From contig CAVTRY010000016.1 in NCBI GenBank assembly GCA_963737265.1, positions 384,439 through 448,438 on the forward strand: a stretch of 64,000 nucleotides of DNA. The letters are read 5' to 3'. A program made the position numbers and the translations under genes. Origin of the DNA: an uncultured delta proteobacterium. GTDB taxonomy: Bacteria; Myxococcota_A; Polyangia; Fen-1088. Below the pieces are notes generated by a model. That model was not told the origin of the DNA and did not search any database. It saw only the letters and a list, made by a program, of their open reading frames with translations. Positions 50,598-62,415 of the stretch are shown here, one piece after another; the first letter of the stretch is position 1; every line of letters starts with the position of its first letter.

Positions 50598-53500
50598 CCG
50601 ATCCGAAGATTTGTGCCAGGATCGAAATGGAAGGTCTTATTCCCTCTGTGTGTAAGTACATAGGCCGAAAAGCCTCCTAGTCATCGTTAGCCAGCTTGCG
50701 ACACCTTAGCGGCTCTCAGTCATGCTCTTCGAGTTCGAGTTGAGGGCAGAATGAATTGGGCTTGCCATGGAAGAGATATGCCTTATCATGGCTTCCTCCT
50801 TACCCCACAGAAGGACCAAATCTGACAGCTTTCGTTGGTGAGATGACTACAGCGTGCGGAGATCAATGTAATCTGACCGAGTGCACCGAAAATAGAATTG
50901 AGGTACCAGAGAGGCAGATCGATGAATATCGGGGAAGGGATCGGCTTGGTTGCGGTAAAGGTCGCCCCAAGAGACTAGAAGGAAGAAACCATGCACATTT
51001 CTTAGTCAGATAAACTATCTTAGAACAATTTAGGGGCGCAGTTGTTGCGGAGGAAGAAGCCGAGGAAGGCGCCGCGCTCTCATTGTAGACCGGAAGATCC
51101 ATCGCGTATGTAGCAGCAATTTTATTGGGCTCTTCACGAGGCGAGGGCTAGGCTGCGGGGCTCCATCGAGATGATGATTCGGACCTGTAGTATGGAAACT
51201 GCTTCCCCCGTTGGTCTGAGATAAGGACGGGAACAGTCGAGAACTGCGTGTGCATGACACTAGTCATCAGCTGAAGTATGACGAGGAAGGTACTTCTCAT
51301 CTGTAAAGCAGTCTTGCCACAGTGTGTTATGCTGCAGCTGCTGTGAAACCAATCTTGGACGGCAATTTAGGGGCAACTAGAGAGGGTAATTGACAAGGGT
51401 GAAAGCGAAGACGTTGCTATGCGAGGGGTCGAATAGAAAGCCTGGGCCAGCCTTGGGATCCCGCCATCAAAAGTCCAATACCTCTCATCGACTACCGAAG
51501 ATGGTCAGCGCCGCAAAGAGCATGTTGCTGCACAGTGCAAATACCTTGTCCCAGAAGCCAGGTATGTCGAATGCACAAAGTCAAACGCATGTCTGGACCT
51601 TTGAACGCCCTGTGCTCGGATTGCTTTCTGTAACATGATGCCCGCACCTCTGTGCAGTCCAGTAATTAGTTGGAGCTTGTTTTAATCTGCAGCCCTTTGT
51701 CAATGCAGGCGATCGCATTTGAAATGAAGATGTGATAAAAGAGCCGTGGCAGAGTGACGACATCAGACAGTTTTCAAAGCGTTCTCTTGCCGCTTTTGGG
51801 TGGCGAACCTAAAGCAGCGTGCCCTACCAAGCCCCACTATTCCCCATTTGACTAGCGATAATTCCGTAACCAGCCTAAAAATTGGCGATAGAACGACCCA
51901 GACCACATCCACGATTAGCCTCACAATTGCTTCAGGATGGCCTTGCCCTTGGATGATGGAATCAAAATCACTGATTTTCCGACTGGTCAACCTCGAGTCC
52001 CTGTCAACAACAGTCGGAGTTGCCCCTGGGCTAAGTCGCAAATCATCGCGATCGTCTCGTCCAAGATGTCGAAACAAAACTAAGGGGCTCTAACTACGGT
52101 CTAAGTGGCGCTGAATGGCCTCCTATCCACCCAATTGAGAGTGTGCAACTTATCCGGGGTGATACTGCCTTGTCACTGGCCGCATACCCTAAAATAGGAA
52201 GGCACAAAGCTTTCTCCGCAGCGCACCATCGCAGCATGCCATCTCAATCCCCGTGCCCGTCCGTCACAAGGCCACCCTATCCTATACGATGCTAGAGCTT
52301 GTGTATGCTTACCAACTGCATTCTGCCTCCACAAGAGCGTTTTACCTGTCGCTTGAAAAGTACAATACAGGACTAAGCCAGGTTAACCGTGGCTCCCGGA
52401 TACTGGTTTGTTAGGAATGATTCTGTCAAGAGAGCAAGCACTGGACTTGGTTCGTGCTACAATGGTTCTGTCAGCATGTTCTCCGGTAATCTCCTCTTAA
52501 ACTGTTCGGATTGTGGCTCCACATGAATCCACTTGCCCTACCACACGATATGGTTGGGCAGGCTACTGTAGTCTTGCAGATGGGAATTGACTGGTGAAGC
52601 GATGGCCACTAGTGTGGACCCCCAGCTCCGTGGATCGGCCACCTTGCTACATTTGTCATTGCGGAAGCATGACAAAGATCTTGCTGACACAACGTCGGGC
52701 ATGATCGATGATTTCGAAGTTGCGTGGCTGACGGAGGACTAGTGCCAACGTCTAATGTTTGAAGGGTGTGTCAGAGTAATAGGAGGGTGCCTGTAATCGA
52801 AGCCATCAATAACGAACAGCCCTCGTTTAAGAATTCGACTTATCAGGATCAGGACCCACGTGATATTCCCAATTGACAAGACATATATCCATCGTGGCAA
52901 TTCATTCGTAGTGTCTGCCGCCTCAGGGAAGCTGGTTCGTCCCTGTGGTCTACATCTTGAAATAGTTCAGTCTGACAAACCCGCGCTTCATTCTACCATT
53001 TACGGCCAAATTGGTGACCCGAATCCGGAACCACTCACAATCACAACAGAGAGGGTGGTTATCAAACGGGCAGTAATCGAGAGATATGTTCGGGATCCCG
53101 CTTGGTCACTCATAAGTGGTTTGTTCCTGAAATGATGCAGTTTCGAATGACTGGGGAGGGAGCTACTTGCGGCCAGCCAAGACAGCCAAACGCGTTAGAG
53201 ATCACCTAAATAGGAGGGTTTGTATTCGACACGCCCAAGGCATGGGAACAAGACTATTGGATGACGTCACCGAGCCGGAAATATGGGTTAGAAGGTGCTG
53301 AATCTTCAGACCCTACCTCTCCAACGCTACCTCATCCTTAACGCCTGTAGCCTGACTGAATACAGGACGGCACTGCGCACCCGACACCCCAGTCGCTCGG
53401 GCTCTGTGTCGGTCGGCAGCATGACAGTTAAAGACAGGCCAGCTAATCGAATTTTCTGGTCTGAAGTCATCCGAGCCATCGGACAGCCTTGTGGACGTCA

Positions 53501-54342
53501 ACTTCTCTAGCATCGGTACGTCTCCCATCCCTTACAGGTACAGCAACACTGATAAAAGCGCCCCAGATGCCTTGCTCCCTTGAAACGAACACATCTCAGA
53601 ACAGGCTAGGAAATTACCAATTCAACGACTCGATTTGCTAGAGCCAAGAAATCGCGAGCCGCGATCGAGTTCCGGTGGTTGCGAAAAGTACAAACAGCAT
53701 CTCCCTCTTCGAGACCTCCCCAGGCTCCAATAAACTGTGTCCGCAGCTTCAGTGGCCATGGAGATGCCGACAACTAGTCACAAGAAGATCCTATTTTCCC
53801 TCATCAGCGAAGCAGTTTGAGCGACAAAATTATCCCCAAGCTAGACTTCTGGACTTGAGGAGCGCAAAATTACCGAGCGTGTGCCGGTCAGCTTCAAAAA
53901 TGTCATGACTCACGGGAAAGAGTTTGGAGATTTGATCTGGCGGCACAACACCTCCACTCATAGAATCAATACAGGTTTCCTCGGCAGGCTTCGTTTCTCC
54001 GGCCAGAAGATGGGTATACTCATCAACGAAAGCGCGAGACATCAGTCTAGTCAGGAGTAAAGCAGCCTTGGAAACCGTTGGTAAACAGATTTCCATTCAA
54101 ACCATCTCATTACGAGAGCCATGCTGTCCATCAAGAGCCATCCAGTTTCATGTTCAAAGTGACAGCGAAGCCAGAAGAATAGTATCCAAATTCAATGTTG
54201 CTTGTTTAACATGGGTCAGTGATATCTAGATGATGTTCAACATCCTTGGGCCCACCTCTTCAGCTGGTTCATACCCAGCCGAAGTCTACAAGCCCGCGAA
54301 TCGCAACCGAAGCACGGCCTACTCGCGACAATTTGGTCATAC

Positions 54343-54475
54343 CTGACGCCTCCCATGCCGGTAACCACAGCACGACGACGTACAGCTTCAAGTTTCTGGT
54401 CAATACTGTCCAGGATATCTTTGCGGCTGGCGAACGTCTCGTCTTGCTCGAGTCCGAGCTATTGGTACTTCGATA
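54343..54475 (-). pseudogene. fungal NLR (NB-ARC-type) P-loop remnant
   Basis: VPIAR[+10 nt]DETFASRKDILDSIDQKL...RAVVTGMGGV followed by a GTATG donor-like site; resembles VPF.RD..FVGR..IL...GLGGVGK. Confidence 0.5.
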
Positions 54476-54669
54476 AAAAGTTAACAACCTCGCTATAACT
54501 TTTTCAATGTCATCTGGCATCCGACAGGTTCTGTGAGCGTATTACTATCACCGTGTTTGGAAGGAATGTTTTCCAAGCTACGATGTTCTGGCTCACAATA
54601 CCCTCAATGTACAGCAGGTAAGCCACGCTTGCAACACTGGCTTTGAGCTGCATCCAAATGATGGGCGTC

Positions 54670-56308
54670 TTACACCAAGATGTAAGTCTGCTCTTCAAAT
54701 GCTGGTAAGTTCGAGACAAAAGTCCAAAATGGATTGGTTTCCTCCTTCGACAGCCCGAGTTCTTGCATCCGCTCCCGGGCTTTCCTTCGCTTATAAGACT
54801 CATGCTCTGGCGCCCATGGCATCTCTTTGATGAAGTCCTGTGCCACATAAGCTGCGCCCACGAAGAAGAATCTGGATGGCGCGGCTTGTTGGCTGAGTGG
54901 CCGAAGGATCATCGGCGTTCTTGCACCGAATAAAAAAACCATGATATCGTGAGCCTGTGTCTCCTCGGGAACGCAAGCATCACGAATGTCAGTAGGAATT
55001 TCAATTTCGGGCCAGAACACCATACCAGAGCCTTGAGTTACAGGTGGATTGATTATAGGCAGAGACACGTAAGCTCTGCATCGTGGAACTTTCAGTTCAG
55101 GGAATGTGTCAGTGATCTCGGCGGGCGAAGGTAGTTCATCAGGTACGAGCTCCAACAATCCTTCACGTTGTACGATTGTGCCGCAAAACCAACCCTTTGA
55201 TCGCAGCACGCCGTGCTCGTTCGCATCCTGCCAAGGGGTCTCTTTGATTTTATGGTAATAAGGCCCATCAATCCAGAGGTCGCCTTCAGCAGACGTATGT
55301 TGAATTGCAGCAGATTTCTGCCGGTCTGAGGACCTGCCCATGAATTGGAAGTGTGGCGGCGGCAGTGGCAAGACAACATTGCGCCAATCTGGCGTCCAGC
55401 TCGGAATTTTGAGGTCGTCGGAGGGATAGTAGGGCGCCAGGTAGAGCACATCCAAAGACCCTTCACGATTGACCAAGTACTTTGTGGCCTCTTGGAAGAC
55501 CTCGCTAACTGACTTCAGGTAGCTGATACTGATTGTGGTCCGAGTAGTGCCCTCTCCTGATTTACCAATGGGTTGCACGTTCGTCATGCCCAAGACCGCG
55601 TATATCTTGTCTCGGTCGTCCGTAGCTTCGAAGTGGCCAGAGTCTGCCAGAACGCCTGCAAGGTCGCAAAGTTCAGATCTCAAATCTTGAGCTTGCTCTT
55701 CTGGGTTTAAATGACGGTGCATTGATATCGGAAGGCCAATCTTGAGAAAGGAGCCTCGAGCCGTGTCTCCAACGTTCAGCCTACTGAGCTCGGCTTGTGA
55801 CGCCCTCTTGAGCCCCGCGATACTTGAGATAGCCAGCACGTCCTGTGGAAGGTCTTGCCGCTCGTCTGGCAGTAACAGCTTGGCAAGATCACAACGCCCC
55901 AGAATGTCCCCAAACGCCTCCCAGGAGCAGATGAAGTCCCCGAAATGAATTGAAATCTTCCTGGCAGCAAATATCTCCTGTCGCACCCATGTGCGGCGAA
56001 ACCACGGCCGATCTAGAAGAGAATGTATGCCAGAAGCGAAATGCTGGAGACAGCCCGAACAAGTGGGCAAGGGCATGCTCCCGGCGGTGACGCCTTCGGC
56101 AATCTGATGACACGCTCGGACTGCAAATCTTTCTCCGTGACTTTCCTCGCCCAGCCAGACAAGGACTGTAGAGGCCTTTCGAAAAATGAGAAACATTTTG
56201 GCGATTTGATCTGCCTTCTCGTCCGCATCTGCTTGATTAATGCAAAGCGCATCAATCCAGAGATATCGATGCCTTTCGGGCTGTCGAAATCGGCGCAACA
56301 TCTGATAC
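54670..56308 (-). CDS. heterokaryon incompatibility (HET-6-like) protein, 5'-truncated at the junction
   Basis: LWIDALCINQ, EKADQI..M..IF..A..V.VWLG, PWFRRTWVRQE, ATDDRDKIYA, PSWTPDW. Confidence 0.92.
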
Positions 56309-56345
56309 TACAGCCCGGCCATCCCCACCGCCTGAGCGCCGCCGC

Positions 56346-57161
56346 ATGACCGGCTCCCGCTTCTACGCGCTCGGCAGGCGCCCTCCCGGCTACGGAGGCC
56401 GCTACCGCGGCTCCGTCGCCGTCGTCACCGGCGCGTCGGCCGGGCTCGGGGCCCAGCTCTGCCGCGACCTCGCCCGCGCCGGCGCCACGTCGTCGGCCTG
56501 GCCCGCCCACCGGCGCGGCTCGAGGCGCTGGAGGCCGAGCTCGGGCGCTGACACCCGGATCGGCGACGGTGACCTGCGACGTGGCCGACACCGCCGCGTT
56601 GCGGCGCGCCTCGACGGTGACGGCGACCCAGGGCCCGATCGACCTGCTCGTCAACAACGCGGCCCAAGACCCGGGGGTCCGCCTGGTCGACATCGGCGAA
56701 GAGGACTTCCGCCACACCTTCGACGTGAACTTCTTCGCCCCGGTGGCCGCCACGCTCGCCGTGATGCCCGGCATGGTCGAGCGCGGGCACGGCACCATCG
56801 TCAACGTCTCCTCCGACGGCGGGCGGCTGCCCGTCGCCGGGCCCGGGCGCCTACCCCTCCTCCAAGGCCGCCCTGTCGGCCTTCACCGAGTCGACCTCGT
56901 TCCGGCTGGGGCCGAAGGGGGTCGACGTCCACGTCGTCTATCCGGCCTTCATGGCCACCGAGCTGGGCGTGGGTGCGCTCGGCCGCGGCCTGCGCCGGCC
57001 GCCGCGGATGACCACCGCAGCGTGCAGACCGTGTCACGCCGGATATTGGCTGGGCGGGCGGGCCCACGCTCGAGATCAGCGTGTCCGGGCTCATCGATGC
57101 TGCCATGGTGTTCCGCTACGTGATGCCCCGCACCTACCACCGGCTGCGCCGCAACTGGTAG
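56346..57161 (+). CDS. SDR family oxidoreductase (several indels)
   Basis: VTGASAGLG, CDVAD, LVNNA, NVSS, Y..SK across frames. Confidence 0.8.
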
Positions 57162-57330
57162 CCCAGACCTGGTAGGACGGGCGGTGCGACCAGCCCCGGC
57201 GGCCGCCTCGACCGGGATGCCGGGCGACCAGGTCAAGCGGGGCCGCAGGGCGACCCCGAGCGTACCGCGGGCGGCGGCAGTATCGTCTTGGGACCGGCTC
57301 GCAAAGGTCGGGCCGCAGTAGGAGGGCGAC

Positions 57331-57543
57331 GTGCATCAGCCGATCGACGACCACTTCCTTTCCAAGTATCGGGCCCTGCTGGACGCCGAAGACCTGGCGT
57401 TCGACGAGCTCGAGCACGCGTGCGAAGAGGGTGACCGCACGCAGTTCAACAAGGACATGGTCGATTGGCAGAACGCCCTTGAGCACAAGCTCGTCTTCCT
57501 GGCCAACGCGGGGATCGAGCTGAAGCTGCCCGTACCGAGCTAA
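57331..57543 (+). CDS. hypothetical 70-aa protein
   Basis: AGGAGG RBS, GTG start, high-GC3 codon usage, hairpin after stop. Confidence 0.6.
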   Translation: MHQPIDDHFLSKYRALLDAEDLAFDELEHACEEGDRTQFNKDMVDWQNALEHKLVFLANAGIELKLPVPS

Positions 57544-58018
57544 GCGCTCGCCCGCACCGGCGGGCGGGCCCGGCCTCATTGGTCGGGCTCAATTGTCGGG
57601 CTGTCGCGTTAACCCTTTGGGCGTTGGCACGGGAGCATCTGTTCGCCCCTGGCGAGAACACGTCCGGGCGGACAGGATGGTGGGGTGCCGAAGTCACACG
57701 AGAAGGACCCCGCGCCGTCCGAGACGAACGGGACGCTGGCGGCCGCCTCGAAGCCCGACGCCGCTCCCGGAGTGGTGGCGCCGTCGACTCGGGTGAACAT
57801 TGCGTTCCCGTTCGCGGCGATCAAGCTGCAAGAACCGAGCCAGGAGCTGGCGGATCTGGCCGGTCTGGTGTTCGAGCTCGATCGTGGCCATGGCCGAGTG
57901 GGTCCCCGAGGACCAACTCGAAGAGCTGCAGCACGCGGGCTCGGGCCCTGCACGAGCGCCTTCGCTGACCACGACGATCCCGACCTTGGGTCGGCACGCG
58001 CTCCTCCCAGGAGGCGCG

Positions 58019-58724
58019 TCAGTGCAGCCCGATAGCTGCTGCGGCGCTGCGGGCCGTCGCGTCGAAGAGCTGACCCGGATCGAGGACCGTGTTGCGCCAG
58101 TGGCCGAAGACCTCGAGGCTCACGGCGCCGACGATGGTCGTCCAGGCCTCGATGGCTGCGACCACCGTGCCGACGGGCACTCCCGCGAAGAGCGACTCGG
58201 CGACCGGCGCCACCGCGGCGCGCAGTCCGTCTGAGACGGCGGCGTGGCGCGGGTCCGCCTGCAGCCGGCCGGCCGCGTGGGCCTCGACCACCGGCAGGAC
58301 CATCGCAACCGCGACGCGCGCGTAGGGCTCCACCGTGTCCTCGGGGTGCGTCGTAGCCGGGCACCGGGGTGCCGAAGATGAGGCCCCACTCGTGGGGGTG
58401 GGCCAGGGCCCAGGTGCGCATGGCGCGGGGCACGGCCATCCAGCGTCGCCGTCGCTGCCGCCGCCGGCGCACCCGGCCGTCGGCCGCCCGCTCGGCCTCG
58501 TCCGCCAGCGACTCGTAGGCCCGCAGGATCAGAGCGCTCAACAGGGCGTCGCGGCCGTCGAAGTAGCGGTAGAGGGCAGAGGGGGCCATGTCCAGGTCCC
58601 GGGCGATGGAGCGTAGGGACAGCGCCGCCGCGCCCTCTCGTGCCACGTGTTGGCCGGCCACGGCCAGGATCTCCGCCGTCATCTCCTCGCGGACCCTCTC
58701 CCGGGCGGTGCGCGGTGCGGACAT
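58019..58724 (-). CDS. TetR family regulator with WHG-type C-terminal domain (indels)
   Basis: LSLRSIARDLDMAPSALYRYF HTH, WALAHP.E..LIFG, GAVSLEVFGH. Confidence 0.85.
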
Positions 58725-58763
58725 GAGCCCAGTCTGGATGTTCCGGAGCGAGAACACAAGTAC

Positions 58764-58792
58764 TTGACAAGAACATTGTTCACTTTTAGTAT
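58764..58792 (+). promoter_or_regulatory. sigma70 promoter with palindromic operator
   Basis: TTGACA-17 bp-TAGTAT with GAACATTGTTC in the spacer. Confidence 0.75.
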
Positions 58793-58824
58793 CAGTGTTC
58801 ATGACCCACGCTCTGGAGGCACCG

Positions 58825-59299
58825 ATGACCGCAGACTCCACCCCCCAGCAGGGAGGCTCCCCTCACTACAAGGAGCCGGACTGGTTCACCCGTCACGTCT
58901 TCAACCGGATGGTGAGCGGCCTGACCCGCCTGGGCATCAGCGTCTGGGGCTCCCGGGTGCTGGAGCACCGTGGCCGGACGACCGGCGCCATCCACCACAC
59001 CCCGGTGAACCTCCTCACGGTCGAAGGGACCCAGTACCTGGTCGCCCCACGCGGCGAGACCCAATGGGTCCGCAACGTCCGCCACGCCGGAGGCCACCTC
59101 GTGCTGATCCTCGGCCGCCGCCGCCAGTTGTGCACGGCCACCGAGGTCCCGGTGGCGGACAGCGTGCCCATCCTGCGCAGCCTACCTGCGCCGCTGGAAG
59201 TTCGAGACCGGGATGTTCTTCGACGGCGTCACCCCCGACTCCACCGACGCCGAGTGGGCCGCCGTCGCGGCCCGGCACCCGGTATTCGCACTTCGCTGA
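58825..59299 (+). CDS. deazaflavin (F420)-dependent nitroreductase family protein (one indel)
   Basis: LEHRGRTTG, TPV, LVAPRGETQWVRNVR, HPVF; GGAGG RBS. Confidence 0.78.
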
Positions 59300-59396
59300 C
59301 CCCCACCGCCCCGACATGTGATCCGCCGGGACTTTGTGCCCTTCCCGTCCCACCGGCAGCACCGCGACGATGGATCCGGCACACATCGGAGTCCGC

Positions 59397-60669
59397 ATGC
59401 ATCGCATCGTGATACTGGGAGGGGGAACCGGCGGCACGCTCGCCGCCAACCGGCTCCGACGGGCCTTTCGGCGTCCGAAGCGTCGGTCACCGTCGTCGAC
59501 CAGGACGACCGCCACGTCTACCAACCGGGGCTGCTGTTCGTGCCCTTCGGCCTGCCCACCTCGAGGAGATCGTCCGGCCCCGCGGGCGCCAGCTGCACCG
59601 AGACATCGCCTACGTGCAGGACCCGGTCGACCACGTCGACCTCGAGACGCGCCGTGTGCACCTGGAGAGCGGGCAGGTCACTCGCCTACGACGTCCTGGT
59701 CGTCGCCACTGGTGCCGTGCTGGCGCCGGAGGAGACGGAGGGCCTGACCGGTCCCGGGTGGAACGAGAAGGCCTTCACGTTCTACGACCCCGAGGGCGCG
59801 GACGGCCCTGGCCGAGGCGCTGGAGTGGTTCGACGGCGGCCGCCTCGTCGTCAACGTGGTCGAGATGCCGATCAAGTGCCCGGTGGCGCCGCTCGAGTTC
59901 TGCTTCCTGGCCGACTGGTTCTTCCAGCAGCAGGGGCATGCGCGACCGGGTCGAGCATCACCTACGTGACCCCGCTCGACGGGGCCTTCACCAAGCCGGT
60001 GGCCAGCCGGCGCCTCGGCGGGCATGCTCGAGGAGCGGGGTATCGAGCTGGTGACCGAGTTCAACACCGGCGAGGTCGTACGAGGGTCGAGGCGGCCGGC
60101 TGGTGTCCTACGACGACCGCGAGGTGCCCTTCGACCTGGCGGTGGTGATCCCGGTGCACAACGGCGCGCGCGTACGTCGACGCGCTCGCCGGGTCTCGGA
60201 GACGCGCTCGGCTTCGTGCCCGTCGACGAGCACACGCTGCAGTCCACGGCCTCGCCGCACGTCTTCGCCATCGGCGACGCGGCCGCGGTCCCGATCTCGA
60301 AGGCGGGCTCGGTCACCCATTTCGAAGGCGAGGTGCTGGTCGAGAACATCCGCCGGTTCCTCGACGGCCGAGCCGCTGGACGCGTCCTACGACGGCCACG
60401 CCAACTGCTTCATCGAGACCGGCTTCTCCAAGGCCATGCTCATCGACTTCAACTACGACGTCGAGCCGCTGCCGGGGCACTTCCCCGGGCCGGGTCGGCC
60501 TGCCCCTGATGAAGGAATCCCACCTGAACCACCTCGGGAAAGCTGCTCTTCCAGTGGTTCTACTGGCACAGCCTGCTCCCCGGCCGCGACATCCCCGGCG
60601 TGCACAGCGCCATGCCGACCGCCGGCAAGACCGGTCGGACCAACCCGGAAGGAGGTCACGGCATCATGA
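59397..60669 (+). CDS. sqr: sulfide:quinone oxidoreductase family flavoprotein (many indels)
   Basis: ILGGGTGG, HVYQPG, IKCPVAPLEF, AIGDA, YDGHANCFIETG. Confidence 0.8.
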
Positions 60670-60987
60670 CGACCGACACCATCGCCGGCACCGACAGTCG
60701 AGCTCAACGACGAGGGGTTCCTCGTCGATCCCTCGCAGTGGAACGAGGACGATCGCCGTCGAGCTCGCCCGCCGGGAGGGCATCGACCCGCTTGACCGAC
60801 CGCCACTGGCAGGTCATCCGCTTCATGCGGTCCGAGTACGAGGCGAAGGGCACCGGGCCCGACCGTCCGGGTGCTCGGCAAGACCTCGGGCGTGTCGATC
60901 AAGGAGCTCTACCAGCTCTTCCCGAAGGGCCCGGCCAAGCTGGCCGCCAAGATCGCCGGCATCCCCAAGCCACGCGGCTGCATCTGA
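60666..60987 (+). CDS. TusE/DsrC-family sulfur relay protein (indels)
   Basis: DEGFL.DP..W.E, LTDRHWQVI.F.R, LYQLFPKGPAKLAAKIAGIPKPRGCI*. Confidence 0.85.
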
Positions 60988-61014
60988 TCATCGGACGACG
61001 AAAGGAGCAGCGCC

Positions 61015-61482
61015 ATGGGTGAGCGCATCGAGAAGGTGTCGATCATCGTCTCCAAGGGGTCGCTCGAGGGCGTCTACCCCGGCCTCATCATGGCCAACGG
61101 CGCCCGAGCCGAGGGGATCGAGGCCAACCTGTTCTTCACGTTCTTCGGGCTCGACGCCATCCACAAGAAGCGCCTGGAGCACATCAAGGTGGCGGCGGTC
61201 GGGAACCCGGGCATGCACATGGCCAGCCTGATCGGCGTCCTCCCCGGCATGTCGGCCATCGCCACGCACATGATGGAGAAGAAGATGGAGGAGCACGACA
61301 TCCCGGGCATCCCCGAGTTCATGGAGATGATCGCGGACACCGGGTGCGGGATCTACGCCTGCAAGGCGTCCGTCGACCTGTTCGGGTTCACCAAGGACGA
61401 CTTCATCGACCAGGTGCAGGACATCATCACCGTGGGCGAGTTCTACGAGAAGGCGGCCGGCGGAGAGATCATCTTCACCTAG
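61015..61482 (+). CDS. DsrE/DsrF-like (DsrE2-type) sulfur carrier
   Basis: LFFTFFGL, IYACKAS, intact ORF with AAGGAG RBS. Confidence 0.85.
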   Translation: MGERIEKVSIIVSKGSLEGVYPGLIMANGARAEGIEANLFFTFFGLDAIHKKRLEHIKVAAVGNPGMHMASLIGVLPGMSAIATHMMEKKMEEHDIPGIPEFMEMIADTGCGIYACKASVDLFGFTKDDFIDQVQDIITVGEFYEKAAGGEIIFT

Positions 61483-61551
61483 GTTCCAGCGTGGACGGGC
61501 GGCGCCCGACTTGTTCGGGACCGCGACCGGCGATGCGGCATCATGGGGCGC

Positions 61552-62368
61552 ATGGCCGGATCCCCCGACCGATGCACGGCTCGGCCATCGCAACCTCATC
61601 GCGTTCAACCGGGCGCTCACACGCTGGGGCAGCCGAGGGGCGCTGGAGGAGGGAGGCGGGGCCGTCCTGTGCGCCGGTGGGACCTGGATCCCCGTCGTGG
61701 CCAACGGCGCGTACCGCTCCGACGATACGCTGGACGGCGCCGAGCTCATCGCCCGGGCCGACGCGTTCTTCGGCGGCCTGCGGGCGAGGGTTCAGCGATC
61801 AAGGTGCGCGACAGCGGTGAGGACGAGGACCTGCGCCACGCCTGCGAGGCGGCCGGCTTGGATCCCTTCGGCGAGCCGGTGCCGGAGATGATCGCCCACG
61901 GTGTGCTCCCCGATGCCGGCCGCCCTCGACGACATGGCGCTGCGCGGGGTGGACGACGAGGCCGGTGTGCGCGACTTCATCGCGGTGAACGCCGAGGCCT
62001 ACGCGACCTACGGGATGCCGGCCGAGGTGTTCGCTGACCTCTTCGACGAGACGGCGCTGCTGATCGGGGACCCCGCCGCGCTCCATCGTGGTCGCCCCGG
62101 GCCGGCGAGCCCGTCGCCACGGCCATGACCTACTGAGTGACGGCGTCGCCAGCCTGCAATGGGTGGGTACCGTCCCCGCCGCCCGCACCGCCGGGTTGGG
62201 CGCGACTCGTCACGGTGCTGGCGACGAACCTGGCCTTCGAGCACGGCGCGTCGTCGTGCACGCTGCAGGCGTCGCCAATGGGCGCGCCGCTCTACCTCCA
62301 GCTCGGTTACGAGACCATCTACCACTACAACGAGTTCGTCCGCTGGCCCAAGCCGTCCGCGGCGCTGA
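61552..62368 (+). CDS. GNAT family acetyltransferase (many indels)
   Basis: WVGTVPAAR..GLG, LQASPMGAPLY.QLGY. Confidence 0.7.
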
Positions 62369-62415
62369 CCGGGTCGTGCCGCCCGGGCGTGACCACCGAG
62401 GGCGTGGCGGCTCGA

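Larger units (their letters stand above)
47900..56308. other. fungal (ascomycete-like) DNA segment
   Basis: Drop to roughly even base composition, low gene density, spliceosomal intron, HET/bZIP/Ecm13-like genes; left boundary approximate (47.86-48.3 kb). Confidence 0.9.

Noticed and set aside
50700-54250. Short ORFs in the fungal block
   Set aside because: No recognisable motifs or convincing exon structure; treated as intergenic or degenerate sequence.
47900-56308. Fungus-to-bacterium horizontal transfer
   Set aside because: Intron and long intergenic DNA are retained, HET is cut mid-domain, and the two flanks come from different bacteria; an artefact is more parsimonious.
60666-60987. 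DsrC indicating dissimilatory sulfur metabolism
   Set aside because: Lacks the second Cys of CX10C, and no dsrAB is nearby.
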